NCBI GenBank assembly: GCA_045646345.1 | Contig: JAZRKN010000015.1 | Coordinates: 128,001-192,000, forward strand | DNA: 64,000 bases | From: Candidatus Scatovivens sp. | GTDB taxonomy: Bacteria > Bacillota > Clostridia > TANB77 > CAG-508 | Direction: 5' to 3' | Shown here: in pieces, positions 38,163-48,584 of the stretch | Layout: each line of letters opens with the position of its first letter | How positions within the stretch are numbered: the stretch's first letter is position 1 | Translations under genes and position numbers: made by a program | The notes under the pieces: generated by a model | The model's input: only the letters and a program-made list of their open reading frames with translations | What the model was told of the DNA's origin: nothing | Databases searched by the model: none

Positions 38163-38843
38163 TTATTCATTTTCTAAAATTTTCCAACTACCAGTTATTT
38201 CTGGATATTGTTCAAAAGTCATTTTCTCTTTTAAAGTTGGATGTTCAAAACTTAAACTATATGCCCAAAGCGCAAGTTGCTTTCCTCTTCCTCTGGTTCC
38301 ATATTTTTGATCTCCAGATAAACTATGATTTCTAGATGCAAATTGAACTCTTATTTGATGATGTCTTCCTGTATGTAGATCAACTTTTACTACTGACATA
38401 TTAATTTCTTCATTATATTTTAAAACTTCATAATCAAGCAAAGCTTCTTTTGCATTTTTAGTTCCTTCCTTAACAACTTTACTTGTATTTGTTTTTTCAT
38501 TTTTTATTAAGTAATCTCTCATTGAACCTGATAAAGATTCCATTTTTCCATCTACAATACATAAGTATTTTTTATGCATTTTTTTATCTCTAACTTGTTC
38601 TGAAAGTCTTGATGCAGCTTTAGAAGTTTTTGCAAACACCATAACTCCGCCAGTAGGTCTATCTAATCTATGAACTAATCCTAAATAAACTTCTCCTGGT
38701 TTATTGTATTTCTCTTTTATATATCTTTTTATTATAGTTAGCATATCTTCATCGCCAGTTTTATCTCCCTGTGAAGGAATGTTAACTGGTTTTACTACAA
38801 CAATTATATGATTATCTTCAAATAATATATTTAATTTTTCCAT
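38163..38843 (-). CDS. RluA-family pseudouridine synthase
   Basis: VHRLDRPTGG, LHTGRHHQIRVQ, GDQKYG. Confidence 0.9.
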   Translation of the reverse strand: MEKLNILFEDNHIIVVVKPVNIPSQGDKTGDEDMLTIIKRYIKEKYNKPGEVYLGLVHRLDRPTGGVMVFAKTSKAASRLSEQVRDKKMHKKYLCIVDGKMESLSGSMRDYLIKNEKTNTSKVVKEGTKNAKEALLDYEVLKYNEEINMSVVKVDLHTGRHHQIRVQFASRNHSLSGDQKYGTRGRGKQLALWAYSLSFEHPTLKEKMTFEQYPEITGSWKILENE

Positions 38844-39008
38844 TTTTCTTTTTTCCTTTATTTTTTATAGATTCTATCACAAATATTATTTTTTTGCTAT
38901 AAATACCTTCGAATATAAATAAATTTGTATTTTTTTATTATACATGCTATAATACAGGCTGATTGTTACTTATAAAATCTTTCATCCCAAATAACTAGGA
39001 GGTGTACA

Positions 39009-39545
39009 ATGAAAGTTCTAATTATCGAGGACAATAATTATAAACTCGATGATGCTATTCGGATTATAAACGACCATGAAATTACCGAGTACGTCCACAT
39101 AAATAATTATATGGAAGCCTATAGTCTCTTAAGAAAAGGTGATATCTGTCAATTTGACTTTATCATCCTTGACATTCAATTCTATGAGACTAGACCTTTG
39201 CATGACTCTAGAGCAATGCCTCATCAACACGCTGGTTATAAATTCCTGCTAAGGCTTGCTTCAATGGACATAGCAATTCCTGTTTTCATCTTTTCTTCTG
39301 TTGACAGTTTTAAGGAAGGATATAAAGAATTCCTTTTTCCTCCTTTTTCTGAATATAGTAAGAAATATACTTCTTCTCCTGTCTACTTTCGTGAAAGCTA
39401 TTACACTCGTAGATATCATGAAGAAATGAAAGAAAATGAAGAAATTCAAGCAAAAACTCTTGAATTTGTCCGTGGCCATGCACACAATCAATATGAACTC
39501 GAAGATCTTATCAAACAATATCTGGATAGTAACAATCAAAACTAA
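39009..39545 (+). CDS. Orphan response-regulator receiver-like protein
   Basis: MKVLIIED, FDFIILDIQF, G..F, IPVFIFSS; atypical C-terminus; own promoter and terminator. Confidence 0.6.
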   Translation: MKVLIIEDNNYKLDDAIRIINDHEITEYVHINNYMEAYSLLRKGDICQFDFIILDIQFYETRPLHDSRAMPHQHAGYKFLLRLASMDIAIPVFIFSSVDSFKEGYKEFLFPPFSEYSKKYTSSPVYFRESYYTRRYHEEMKENEEIQAKTLEFVRGHAHNQYELEDLIKQYLDSNNQN

Positions 39546-39587
39546 AACTAAGAAGCAGGCGTTTACAAAAACGTCTGCTCTTTCTTT

Positions 39588-40451
39588 TTATTTTTCCCAT
39601 CTTCCATAAATTCCACAAGGTAATACTAATCCTGAATCCTTCATAGGAAGACCAATTTCACCTGATGATAATTTTCCATTTTTTCTTCTTAATTTTAAAG
39701 ATAAAATATTTTCTAAAACTTTTGAAGAAATTCCTGTTGTATATGAATTTATTAAAAAGAATAATGGATTATCTGATAAAACTTGTTCGCAAAGTTCTAC
39801 TAAATCAGAAATATTATTTTCAAATTGCCATACTTCACCATTTTTTCCTCTACCATAAGATGGTGGATCCATAATTATTGCATCATATTTATTTCCTCTT
39901 CTGATTTCTCTTTGAACAAATTTAGTAACGTCATCAATTATAAATCTTACTGGTCTTTCTGAAAGTCCAGATGAAGCAATATTTTCTTTAGCCCATGCAA
40001 CCATACCTTTTGAACTATCTACGTGACATACTGAAGCACCAGCATAACTACAAGCTACAGTGGCTCCACCAGTATATGCAAAAAGATTTAATACTTTTAC
40101 TTCTTTTCTTCCAGATGTTTTTATTTTATTAATCATCCAATCCCAGTTAACGGCTTGCTCTGGAAATAATCCTGTATGTTTAAATCCCATTGGTTTAATA
40201 TTAAATGTTAAATCATTATATTTGATTTGCCAATTTTCAGGCATTTTTTTATTGTATTTCCATCCGCCACCACCAGATGAACTTCTAGCATATCTAGCAT
40301 TAGCATTTTTCCATTTTTCTGGAAATGTTTTTTCTTTCCAAATTATTTGAGGATCTGGTCTTATTAAAACAACATTTCCCCATCTTTCTAATTTTTCTCC
40401 ATCAGACATATCTAAGATTTCATAATCTTTCCAATTTCTTGCTATTTCCAT
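39588..40451 (-). CDS. Class I SAM-dependent methyltransferase (RlmI/RlmK-like)
   Basis: KHTGLFPEQ, VLNLFAYTGG, IIMDPPSYG. Confidence 0.85.
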   Translation of the reverse strand: MEIARNWKDYEILDMSDGEKLERWGNVVLIRPDPQIIWKEKTFPEKWKNANARYARSSSGGGGWKYNKKMPENWQIKYNDLTFNIKPMGFKHTGLFPEQAVNWDWMINKIKTSGRKEVKVLNLFAYTGGATVACSYAGASVCHVDSSKGMVAWAKENIASSGLSERPVRFIIDDVTKFVQREIRRGNKYDAIIMDPPSYGRGKNGEVWQFENNISDLVELCEQVLSDNPLFFLINSYTTGISSKVLENILSLKLRRKNGKLSSGEIGLPMKDSGLVLPCGIYGRWEK

Positions 40452-40607
40452 TTATTCCATCCTTTTATTTTTATTTTACATCCATTATTATACTATATTT
40501 TTATTACAAAATAAAGCTTTTCTTTAATTTTATGTAAATTATCTTTATTATAACAATAATAATGTAAAATGCCACTGGAAATCCAGTGGCATTTTTAGGA
40601 GTATTAT

Positions 40608-41183
40608 TTAATCTTCATCATCCTCTTCATTCATGTACTGTTCGAATTCATCCAGGTTCAGCGCAATTGCACCTTCTCCACCAATAATGGAGAGAAGCGC
40701 AGCAACTTCAGGAGGAAGGTCACTCGGCATACTTACTGCAGCAAGGAAATCTGCGGTAAGAGAATCGGCCAGACCATCTGCAAAATACTTGACCATCTCC
40801 AGCATCTTACCATCAGCCTCATCAGTAAACGCCTTCACCCAAATATGGGAAATCGTTTCATCCACAGGCATAAAATGTTCCAGATGCATGATCAGCCTTG
40901 CAATATTACAGATCAGATTGGCTTTTACGTCATGCACAAATGCGTCTTCTTTTCCTATAGCTTCTCCGATAACCTCATCGCTTCTTTTTTTCATAACGCT
41001 CGGCATATGCTCGATAAGCTCCTTGATTCCATCCTGATATTTATCATATCTTTCATGAACCAGCTCCTTTACGATTTGGCTTTCAAAGTAAGCATCCACA
41101 TTGGCTGTCAGACCAAGCTTGTCAAAATAGCCCTGTGCCTCCTTTAAGATTTCTTCAGATGTTTTCCGGTTGTTTCTTTCCAT
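40608..41183 (-). CDS. Hypothetical protein (higher GC)
   Basis: AAAGGAG RBS before ATG 41183; GC-rich terminator TGCCACTGGA..TCCAGTGGCA downstream. Confidence 0.6.
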   Translation of the reverse strand: MERNNRKTSEEILKEAQGYFDKLGLTANVDAYFESQIVKELVHERYDKYQDGIKELIEHMPSVMKKRSDEVIGEAIGKEDAFVHDVKANLICNIARLIMHLEHFMPVDETISHIWVKAFTDEADGKMLEMVKYFADGLADSLTADFLAAVSMPSDLPPEVAALLSIIGGEGAIALNLDEFEQYMNEEDDED

Positions 41184-41252
41184 GATGTTTGCTCCTTTAT
41201 ATATTTTATTATACATTACACAATGCTTCTTTATTCTAACACGCTTTATCGA

Positions 41253-42110
41253 TTATGTCAACTTCTCTAAATATTCTTTAACCTCGTTAATTGATTCTTT
41301 TGGTGTTGAAGCACCAGCCATAATTCCAACCGAATCAATACCAGAAAAATCTATCTCTTTTATTTCTTCTACAGTTTCTATTAAATATACACTTTTTGAA
41401 TTTGATTCTGCAATTTTTGCGAGTTCTTTAGTGTTAGAACTATTTTTTCCACCTATTATAATCATTGTGTGGAATTTTTTAGACATTTCTTCAGTCTCTT
41501 TTTGCCTTATTTCTGTAGCATTACAAACAGTTTTATCTATACAAACCTCTGCTTCATAAAATTCTTTTTCAATTTCTTTTGCTAAAACATCAAAATAAGC
41601 ACTTGATATTGTAGTTTGTGCTACAACATATACTCTTCCAAGATCTGTTATTTCATATTCCATATATGCATCTAAAATATCGTCTTCTGTTTCTATAACA
41701 AAACTATTTTCTCCTGCAAAACCTTTTGTTCCTATTACTTCTGGATGATTCTTTTTCCCTAATATTATTATAAATGAATCTTCTTTTTCTCTTTCGACTT
41801 TTTTATGAATTGATAAAACTTTACCACATGTTGCATCTAATACTTCTAAATCTTTTTCTTCTGCTTTAATATATGTGCTTTCAGGTTCTCCATGAGCTCT
41901 AAATAAAACAGTACTTCCATTAGGTACTTCATCTAAAGATTCTACAGTTATCATTCCTTCTTTTTCTAAAGAATTTACAACTTGTTTATTGTGAACTATT
42001 TCACCTAAACAATATACTACATTTCTTGTTTCTAATGCTGATTTTGCTTTTCGTACAGCACCTTCTACTCCTGGACAAAAACCAGCCATTTTTCCAATTA
42101 TTACTTCCAT
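41253..42110 (-). CDS. ispH: 4-hydroxy-3-methylbut-2-enyl diphosphate reductase
   Basis: AGFCPGV, IVHN, RAHG, DATC, HPEV, TVCNAT..RQ, SSNT, AGASTP. Confidence 0.93.
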   Translation of the reverse strand: MEVIIGKMAGFCPGVEGAVRKAKSALETRNVVYCLGEIVHNKQVVNSLEKEGMITVESLDEVPNGSTVLFRAHGEPESTYIKAEEKDLEVLDATCGKVLSIHKKVEREKEDSFIIILGKKNHPEVIGTKGFAGENSFVIETEDDILDAYMEYEITDLGRVYVVAQTTISSAYFDVLAKEIEKEFYEAEVCIDKTVCNATEIRQKETEEMSKKFHTMIIIGGKNSSNTKELAKIAESNSKSVYLIETVEEIKEIDFSGIDSVGIMAGASTPKESINEVKEYLEKLT

Positions 42111-42171
42111 ATTAATTCCTCATTTTTTATAATTTCTTAAATTATACTATAGGTATTTTTAAAAATCAATT

Positions 42172-42276
42172 CTATAGAATTTGTAAAACTTGCACAAAAC
42201 TATATAGTAAAAATAGTAAAACTCCAAAACTAATACTTGTCCCTATTAATAAAATGCTAATTAAAAACTTTTTCAT
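42172..42276 (-). CDS. Small 34-aa hydrophobic membrane peptide (absent from ORF track)
   Basis: MKKFLISILLIGTSISFGVLLFLLYSFVQVLQIL*; AAGGAG RBS. Confidence 0.55.
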   Translation of the reverse strand: MKKFLISILLIGTSISFGVLLFLLYSFVQVLQIL

Positions 42277-42403
42277 AAATTCTCCTTTTTTACTTATTAA
42301 TAATATATATTTTTAAATTTCAAAAATATTCCAACTTTTAATATATTTTTATAGACATTTTAGAAAATTTTAGTCTATAATTAATTTATACGGAGGTAAA
42401 ATT

Positions 42404-43189
42404 ATGAAAAAGAATGTTTTAATTTTTTGTTTAATAATCATACTATCATTAGCTTTAGGTTTTGGAATTCGTTTTCTAACAATATTTATTAAAAATAAAC
42501 AAATTGAAAAAAATTATATAAGCTTTATTGGAGCTATTGAAAATATAGATAAAAATTTCATGTATATTCTTCCTGAAGATGAATCATTAAAAAATACTTA
42601 TGAAAAACTTTATCTTCCTATTCCAGAAACTTCAACACGCACATGGAAAATCGGTGACAAATTAGAAGTTAAATATCATAAGGACCATTTTCAAGATGGT
42701 TATATGCCAGTAACAATTTTAAAATATCTGGGAACAACAAGATTGTTTAGAAACTTAGCAAATATTCCTGTTTCAAATAGTAATCCTGTGGGCGGAGTAT
42801 ATATTTTCAAATCACTTTATGATTATAACGGAACATTTAATAAAGAAGAATTCACTACAATAAATGATTATTCTGTAAAAAAAATAATTTCATATGATGA
42901 ATATCTAAAATATCAAGAATTAATTCCTGATATAAGAACTCTTACAGAAGATGATTTTGTTAATTACTATTTATTAATAATTTTGTCATCAGATGTATCC
43001 AAAGTATACACATTAGAAAGCAATGATGAAACTGAAAATTCCTTAACATTATCAATTTTAAAACACAATTCTATTTCATCACCAACATCAGAAAAAGAAC
43101 CATTATTTAGTGGGCTTTCAGTTGTAGTTCCTAATCGTTGTGACTTTGATTTAAATAATATAAATTTAAAAACAACATCAACAAAATAA
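42404..43189 (+). CDS. Membrane-anchored/secreted hypothetical protein
   Basis: MKK plus hydrophobic helix; GGAGG RBS; downstream hairpin. Confidence 0.65.
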   Translation: MKKNVLIFCLIIILSLALGFGIRFLTIFIKNKQIEKNYISFIGAIENIDKNFMYILPEDESLKNTYEKLYLPIPETSTRTWKIGDKLEVKYHKDHFQDGYMPVTILKYLGTTRLFRNLANIPVSNSNPVGGVYIFKSLYDYNGTFNKEEFTTINDYSVKKIISYDEYLKYQELIPDIRTLTEDDFVNYYLLIILSSDVSKVYTLESNDETENSLTLSILKHNSISSPTSEKEPLFSGLSVVVPNRCDFDLNNINLKTTSTK

Positions 43190-43323
43190 TAAATTATTAA
43201 ATTAATATACAGGAAGACAAGTATTTTTATACTTGTCTTCTTTTTATAGCATAACAAATTTGCAATTTTATGTATACCATGATATAATTTAATATGATTA
43301 CACATTTTGGAGGTACGCATCTT

Positions 43324-43854
43324 ATGGCAAGCCAAGCTTTTCAACTTCGGAAAGCCACTACAGATGATTTTTCTACCTTTTACAATTACCATGTCCACTT
43401 CTGCTACCACTGGTTGTATTTAGATGAAATAGCAACCAAGGTAGACAATCCGTTCGATAAAAAATATTGTGATGAAGAATTTGAAGATAACTACTTCTTT
43501 TCAAAGGAAGATCTTATACGGATTCACAATGAGATTATCAACTTCAACATTCATGATTTCGAAAACCATCTAAAATGGTATCGCATTTTCATGATTATCA
43601 TCCAAGGAAAAGTGGTTGGCTATGTAAAGCTAGAAAACTACTGTAGACAATTCATTATTCGTGAATGGACAATGCACTATGACTATATGACCCCTGAACT
43701 TCTAACGGAACTTCTCAAGAAATTTGAAACATTTGCTCCCAAAAAAAGCACTCGTATTCAAGTAATTTCTATGGGAACTCCAACCTCAAAAGATTTCTTA
43801 GAAGCAAATGGTTATAAAGCCAAGCATATCCCATTCTTCGAAAAAGAATTGTAA
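43324..43854 (+). CDS. GNAT-fold-like protein
   Basis: LRKAT.DD start, GKVVGY, FLEANGY end; GGAGG RBS; acetyl-CoA-binding motif degenerate. Confidence 0.55.
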   Translation: MASQAFQLRKATTDDFSTFYNYHVHFCYHWLYLDEIATKVDNPFDKKYCDEEFEDNYFFSKEDLIRIHNEIINFNIHDFENHLKWYRIFMIIIQGKVVGYVKLENYCRQFIIREWTMHYDYMTPELLTELLKKFETFAPKKSTRIQVISMGTPTSKDFLEANGYKAKHIPFFEKEL

Positions 43855-43904
43855 ACAAATGACCCCGAGTAACTGGAAAAAATATTCCAGCCTCGGGGCT
43901 TTTT

Positions 43905-45689
43905 TTATAGTTCTTCTTTTAATTTTCTTGCTAAAGCTTCATTAATTCCTTTTACTTTTATAAGCTCTTCAATATCAGCTTCTTTAATTTTTTTAACACT
44001 ACCAAATTTTTTCAAAAGTTCAGTTCTTTTCTTCTCTCCTATACCTTCTATATAATCCAGTTTAGATTTTGTCATTTCTTTATCACGAACTTTTCTATGA
44101 TATTCAATAGCAGTTTTATGAACTTCGTCTTGAAGATTTGTAATAAAATGAAATAAACTTTCTGATATTTTAAATTCATTTTTATCTTCATCCACTAAAG
44201 CTCTAGTTGAATGTTTATCATCTTTTACCATACCAAAAACTGGTATATCCACTTGAGCTTCATCCATTGCTGCTTTTATTGCTCTAATTTGAGTTATACC
44301 ACCGTCAGCCAAAATTAAATCTGGTAAAGTACCAAATCCACCTGATGGATTTTCTAAACTTTGTTTCAATCTTCTTGTTACAACTTCTTGCATACATCTT
44401 GGATCGTCTTGATCAAAAACAGTTTTAATTTTAAATCTTCTCGATAGATTTCTTTTTATAACTCCATTTTGAGCTACACACATTCCTGCAACAATAAAGT
44501 TTCCAGAAATATTTGATATATCAAAACTTTCAATTTTAAATGGAATATCATCTAGTTCCAAAACATCCCTTAATTCTATTAATATATCAGTTTTATCTTT
44601 TACTTTATTTTCTAATGTTATTCTACTATTAAGTTCTGCCATTTCAACAAATCTTAATTTTTCTCCTCTTTGAGGACTCTTTAAAGTAACTTTTCTATTT
44701 CCAATATTTGAAAGCCAATTTTCTAATGATTCTTTTTCAGCAAGGTCATATCTTAGCATAATCTTACTTGGAAAATCTTTTTTATCTATATAAAATTGTT
44801 TTATAAAACCTGAAACGATTTCTTCTTCGGGCATATCTTTTAATTCATCAAAAAAGTAATGTTCTCTTCCTATCATTTTGCTATTTCTTATAAAGAAAAT
44901 TTCAACACAAACTGTAACTTCATTTTTGAAAAGTCCAATAACATCAATATTATTTTCTGAAATATTAGAAACTTTTTGTTTTTCAGAAACTCTTTCTATT
45001 GCAAGTATTCTATCTCTTACTGATGCCGCCTTTTCAAATTCTAAATTTTTAGAATACACATTCATCTCTTCTGTTAAAGTTTTTATTATGCTATCAATTT
45101 TTCCATCTAACAATAAACAAATTTGATTAATTTGCTTCATGTATTCATCTCTAGATACAAGTTTTATACATGGCGCTAGGCATTTTTTTATATGATAATT
45201 TAAACAAGCTCTATCTTGGTTTCTAAAATTTTTACATTGTCTTATTTGAAACTTTTCTTTTATAAAACTTACCATTTCTTTTGCAGCACTTACATTTGGA
45301 TATGGTCCAAAATATTTAGCACCATCATTTTGTAATTTTCTCGTCATAAAAACAGAAGGATATTCTGATTTCATATCCACTTTAATATAAGGATAAGTTT
45401 TATCATCTTTTAAAAGAACATTAAACTTCGGCCTATGTTTCTTTATTAAATTACATTCTAAAATTAAAGCTTCATCTTCACTTCCAACAACTATATATTC
45501 AAAATGGTCTATTAAAGAAACCATTTTTTCAATTCTTGCAGTCTTGTTGTTTTTTCTAAAATATTGTCTTACTCTATTTTTCAAAACAACAGCTTTTCCA
45601 ACATATATAACCTTATCGTCTTTATCTTTCATTAGATAAACACCAGGTTTTTCAGGAAGTTTTTTTAGCTCTTCTTCAATATCAAACAT
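43905..45689 (-). CDS. uvrC: Excinuclease ABC subunit C
   Basis: GIY-YIG (PGVYLM..IYVGKA), UVR domain, IESFDISN, PDLILADGG, HhH. Confidence 0.95.
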   Translation of the reverse strand: MFDIEEELKKLPEKPGVYLMKDKDDKVIYVGKAVVLKNRVRQYFRKNNKTARIEKMVSLIDHFEYIVVGSEDEALILECNLIKKHRPKFNVLLKDDKTYPYIKVDMKSEYPSVFMTRKLQNDGAKYFGPYPNVSAAKEMVSFIKEKFQIRQCKNFRNQDRACLNYHIKKCLAPCIKLVSRDEYMKQINQICLLLDGKIDSIIKTLTEEMNVYSKNLEFEKAASVRDRILAIERVSEKQKVSNISENNIDVIGLFKNEVTVCVEIFFIRNSKMIGREHYFFDELKDMPEEEIVSGFIKQFYIDKKDFPSKIMLRYDLAEKESLENWLSNIGNRKVTLKSPQRGEKLRFVEMAELNSRITLENKVKDKTDILIELRDVLELDDIPFKIESFDISNISGNFIVAGMCVAQNGVIKRNLSRRFKIKTVFDQDDPRCMQEVVTRRLKQSLENPSGGFGTLPDLILADGGITQIRAIKAAMDEAQVDIPVFGMVKDDKHSTRALVDEDKNEFKISESLFHFITNLQDEVHKTAIEYHRKVRDKEMTKSKLDYIEGIGEKKRTELLKKFGSVKKIKEADIEELIKVKGINEALARKLKEEL

Positions 45690-45710
45690 CCTTTAATTTC
45701 CTATCTATAT

Positions 45711-46241
45711 TTATTCTTCAATATATCCAATATATGGTATATTTCTTCCATGTTCATCAACATCGAATCCATATCCTACAACAAATTTATTTGGTATTTC
45801 ATAACCAACATAATCAACTGGAACTTCTACTTTTCGTCTTTCTTTTTTATCTAATAATACAGCTATTTTTAAAGAGTTAGGATTTCTTGCTAATAAATCT
45901 TGTCTTAGTGCTCTTAAAGTATAACCTGTATCGATAATATCTTCAACAATTAAAACATCTTTACCTGCAATATCACAATCTAAATCTTTTTTTACTGTAA
46001 TTGCACCAGTTGTTTCTGTTCCTGAATAACTTGAAACTTGCATTACTTCAAAAACAATTGGTGTTTTCATTTTCTTAACTAAATCTACAGTAAAAAATGC
46101 AGCTCCTTTTAATACACAAATTATTATAAGTTCTTTACATCCTTGGTAATCATTATCTATAGCTTTTGCAATTTCTCCAATTCTTTCTTGAAGTACACTT
46201 TCGCTATATAAAACTTTCATTTTTTCTTCAAAATTTTCCAT
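45711..46241 (-). CDS. hpt: Hypoxanthine phosphoribosyltransferase
   Basis: VLKGA, VLIVEDIIDTGYTL, FVVGYG.D...RN.PYI. Confidence 0.93.
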   Translation of the reverse strand: MENFEEKMKVLYSESVLQERIGEIAKAIDNDYQGCKELIIICVLKGAAFFTVDLVKKMKTPIVFEVMQVSSYSGTETTGAITVKKDLDCDIAGKDVLIVEDIIDTGYTLRALRQDLLARNPNSLKIAVLLDKKERRKVEVPVDYVGYEIPNKFVVGYGFDVDEHGRNIPYIGYIEE

Positions 46242-46255
46242 AAAAACTCCTTTTT

Positions 46256-47797
46256 TTAATAATCTATTTCTTCTCTTTCATTTTTATTTCCATCTTTTTG
46301 ATGTCCTGCATTAGTAATAACTTCATTTGCACCTATATTAAATGATTCTAATTCTTCTGGTGATAAAGTCCATATATCACTAGTTTCTATTGCTTGACAT
46401 TCTTGTCCTGATGGTAATATCTTTTGTTTGTTAAAAATAGCTAAAAATCTTTGTTTCATATTTTCATATGCATTTTTAATTCTTAATCCTAATGATTGTT
46501 TTTCATCATTCCTATGTAAATCTTGTACAGCTTTTAATTGCTCAATTATACCAGAATTTTCCCACTGGGTGCTTTCAAAATCTGTTTTTCTGTATGATAA
46601 AAATTCATCTCCTAATGGAAGAAAATCTGGAGCTTCTAATCCAATTTGATTTCTTTCAAAAACATAACTCATCGGAGGCACAGCATCTTTTTTTAGAGCA
46701 AACATCATTGCTTCAAAATCTTGTTTTGGTATCTCATCTCTTCTATTTATTATTTGTGTCATAGCATTTATTGTCATACTATTTTTTTCTCTTAAATTAG
46801 AAGTACTTCGTAATATATGTTCAGCTAGCCCTTTACTTGCAAATTTATTTTCTAATCCATTGGCTACATTTTTAGCCACTAATTGCATTTTATCAAATCC
46901 ATATCTGTAACAATCAAGCATCATTTCTGCATTCTCTATATCTTCTGGCGTTTTTGTTTGTTGTAATTTTAAATTTGAATTAAGTTTATAACTTGTTTGC
47001 TTTAATAAAGCAATTGTTACGTCTTGTACTTCAGTTTGTAAGGCTTTACCTTTTAAATCGCTATTATATAGTGTTCTATGAAGTCTTGAATAATTTATTT
47101 CCATCATTTCTATAAAAAATTCAGTATCACCTATTGGTTCTCCTGATATTCCAGATAAAAATTCACATAATTTATCTCTACCTTGTATTGCATTCCTTAA
47201 AAAAGCTTTTTCTGCTACTCCATATGCTGCTTCTATTAAATCTGCAACATATGTTATATCAGAATATCCAAATTCGTTTTGATGAAAAAAAGGAGCATAA
47301 TCTTCTTTCCACTCTCTAGAAAAAACACATCTATCTGAAGCTTTTTCTACAATAGCTTCTTCAAGTGAACTATATAATTTTAGTTGTCCATCTTTATATT
47401 GAGATAACTTAGAGTTACCACCTGGTTCTCTTTCAAGTGCATGATTTACTTCATGAGTTAATATCTCAAATAAAATTTCAAAATCGTCATCAGTTTTTGC
47501 ATTTTTCAAATAATCTTTAGAAAGTACAATTTCTCTTTTGGCATATGAATATATTCCAGCCGCTCTTTTACAATCATCAGGCATTGGCCCAACAGAAATT
47601 GAAGTTATATTATTTATTAATGATGTTAAATCTTTGCATATCTCACTAGGTGTTAAATCAAATTCATGAGATCTTCTCATCATTATCTCAACAAGTATCG
47701 GTTTATATATATCCCCTACACTCATTTGGTTTATATAATACTCAAAATATTCTTTTAATTTTTTATTTTCTCTATAATCTTTTGGCATTTGTATCAC
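46256..47797 (-). CDS. Hypothetical protein with HExxH zincin motif
   Basis: AAGIY...I.L, THEVNH, downstream LEEAIVE; GTG start. Confidence 0.6.
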   Translation of the reverse strand: MIQMPKDYRENKKLKEYFEYYINQMSVGDIYKPILVEIMMRRSHEFDLTPSEICKDLTSLINNITSISVGPMPDDCKRAAGIYSYAKREIVLSKDYLKNAKTDDDFEILFEILTHEVNHALEREPGGNSKLSQYKDGQLKLYSSLEEAIVEKASDRCVFSREWKEDYAPFFHQNEFGYSDITYVADLIEAAYGVAEKAFLRNAIQGRDKLCEFLSGISGEPIGDTEFFIEMMEINYSRLHRTLYNSDLKGKALQTEVQDVTIALLKQTSYKLNSNLKLQQTKTPEDIENAEMMLDCYRYGFDKMQLVAKNVANGLENKFASKGLAEHILRSTSNLREKNSMTINAMTQIINRRDEIPKQDFEAMMFALKKDAVPPMSYVFERNQIGLEAPDFLPLGDEFLSYRKTDFESTQWENSGIIEQLKAVQDLHRNDEKQSLGLRIKNAYENMKQRFLAIFNKQKILPSGQECQAIETSDIWTLSPEELESFNIGANEVITNAGHQKDGNKNEREEIDY

Positions 47798-47803
47798 ATT
47801 CCT

Positions 47804-48082
47804 TTATAATTCTGGTTCGTGTGCTATTTTTATATCTTTCTTTTCTGGTACATTTTTTGTATCTATTACATCTATTTGTATAGGTTCTAATCTCTTCATA
47901 AGTTTTGCTATTAGCTCTTTATCTACTTCAGCCAAATTATCTACTTCTACAAAACCTTTTCCTGTAATTTCTTCATACATTTTACCATCGCTGTATAAAA
48001 TATATACATTACCATTTTCAAGTGTGAAGTGTGTTACATAAGAAACTTCTTCGCCATTTGCATTTATTATTTTTTCTTTCAT
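47804..48082 (-). CDS. Hypothetical protein
   Basis: 92 aa; GAGG RBS; coupled to the downstream gene. Confidence 0.6.
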   Translation of the reverse strand: MKEKIINANGEEVSYVTHFTLENGNVYILYSDGKMYEEITGKGFVEVDNLAEVDKELIAKLMKRLEPIQIDVIDTKNVPEKKDIKIAHEPEL

Positions 48083-48337
48083 AAAAACCTCTTTTGAAAA
48101 TTTTTATATTCTTTATAATACAATAATTATATTACAATTAATTTTTAGTGTAAACATATTTTTCTATAAAACCATAAGTATTCTAAGTATTTCAAGCACT
48201 TTATTTATTCTATCCATAAAATTTTATTGACAATTCAAATAATTTTTCATATTATAATAAAGAATAGGAATGTTATAATTAACAAAAGCAGAAATCATAT
48301 AGAAAGGATTTATTTATTTTTATTTTTAAAACGTTTG

Positions 48338-48482
48338 TTAGCGCCAGGACTATTTAAAAAAATAGTTGACGAGGTCTAGAGTTATCGAAAGATTCGGCGG
48401 ATGCTCTAGTTGAGATGGCTACTCTCAAAACATTATGACTAATTCAAAAACTAGCAGTAATGCTAAAACAAATTTTAGTCAA
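48338..48482 (+). ncRNA. glmS ribozyme (GlcN6P-activated)
   Basis: AGCGCCAGGACU...AGUUGACGAGG...GUUAUCGAAAGAUUCGGCGGAUGC core directly upstream of glmS; TTGACA-17-TATTAT promoter at 48227-48255. Confidence 0.9.
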
Positions 48483-48584
48483 GTAGTCTATGCTTACACC
48501 TATTCATTAAAACTGGTATTTGGACAGAATACATTTCTGCCCTTAAATTTCTTAACCAGTTTTTATAAGAAAGGTGGTTTTTTT

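Noticed and set aside
42967-43410. 147-aa minus-strand ORF
   Set aside because: Spans a terminator and promoter and overlaps two better-supported plus-strand genes
48435-48584. 50-aa N-terminal extension of GlmS
   Set aside because: Overlaps the ribozyme; GlmS needs Cys at the mature N-terminus; RBS lies before 48585
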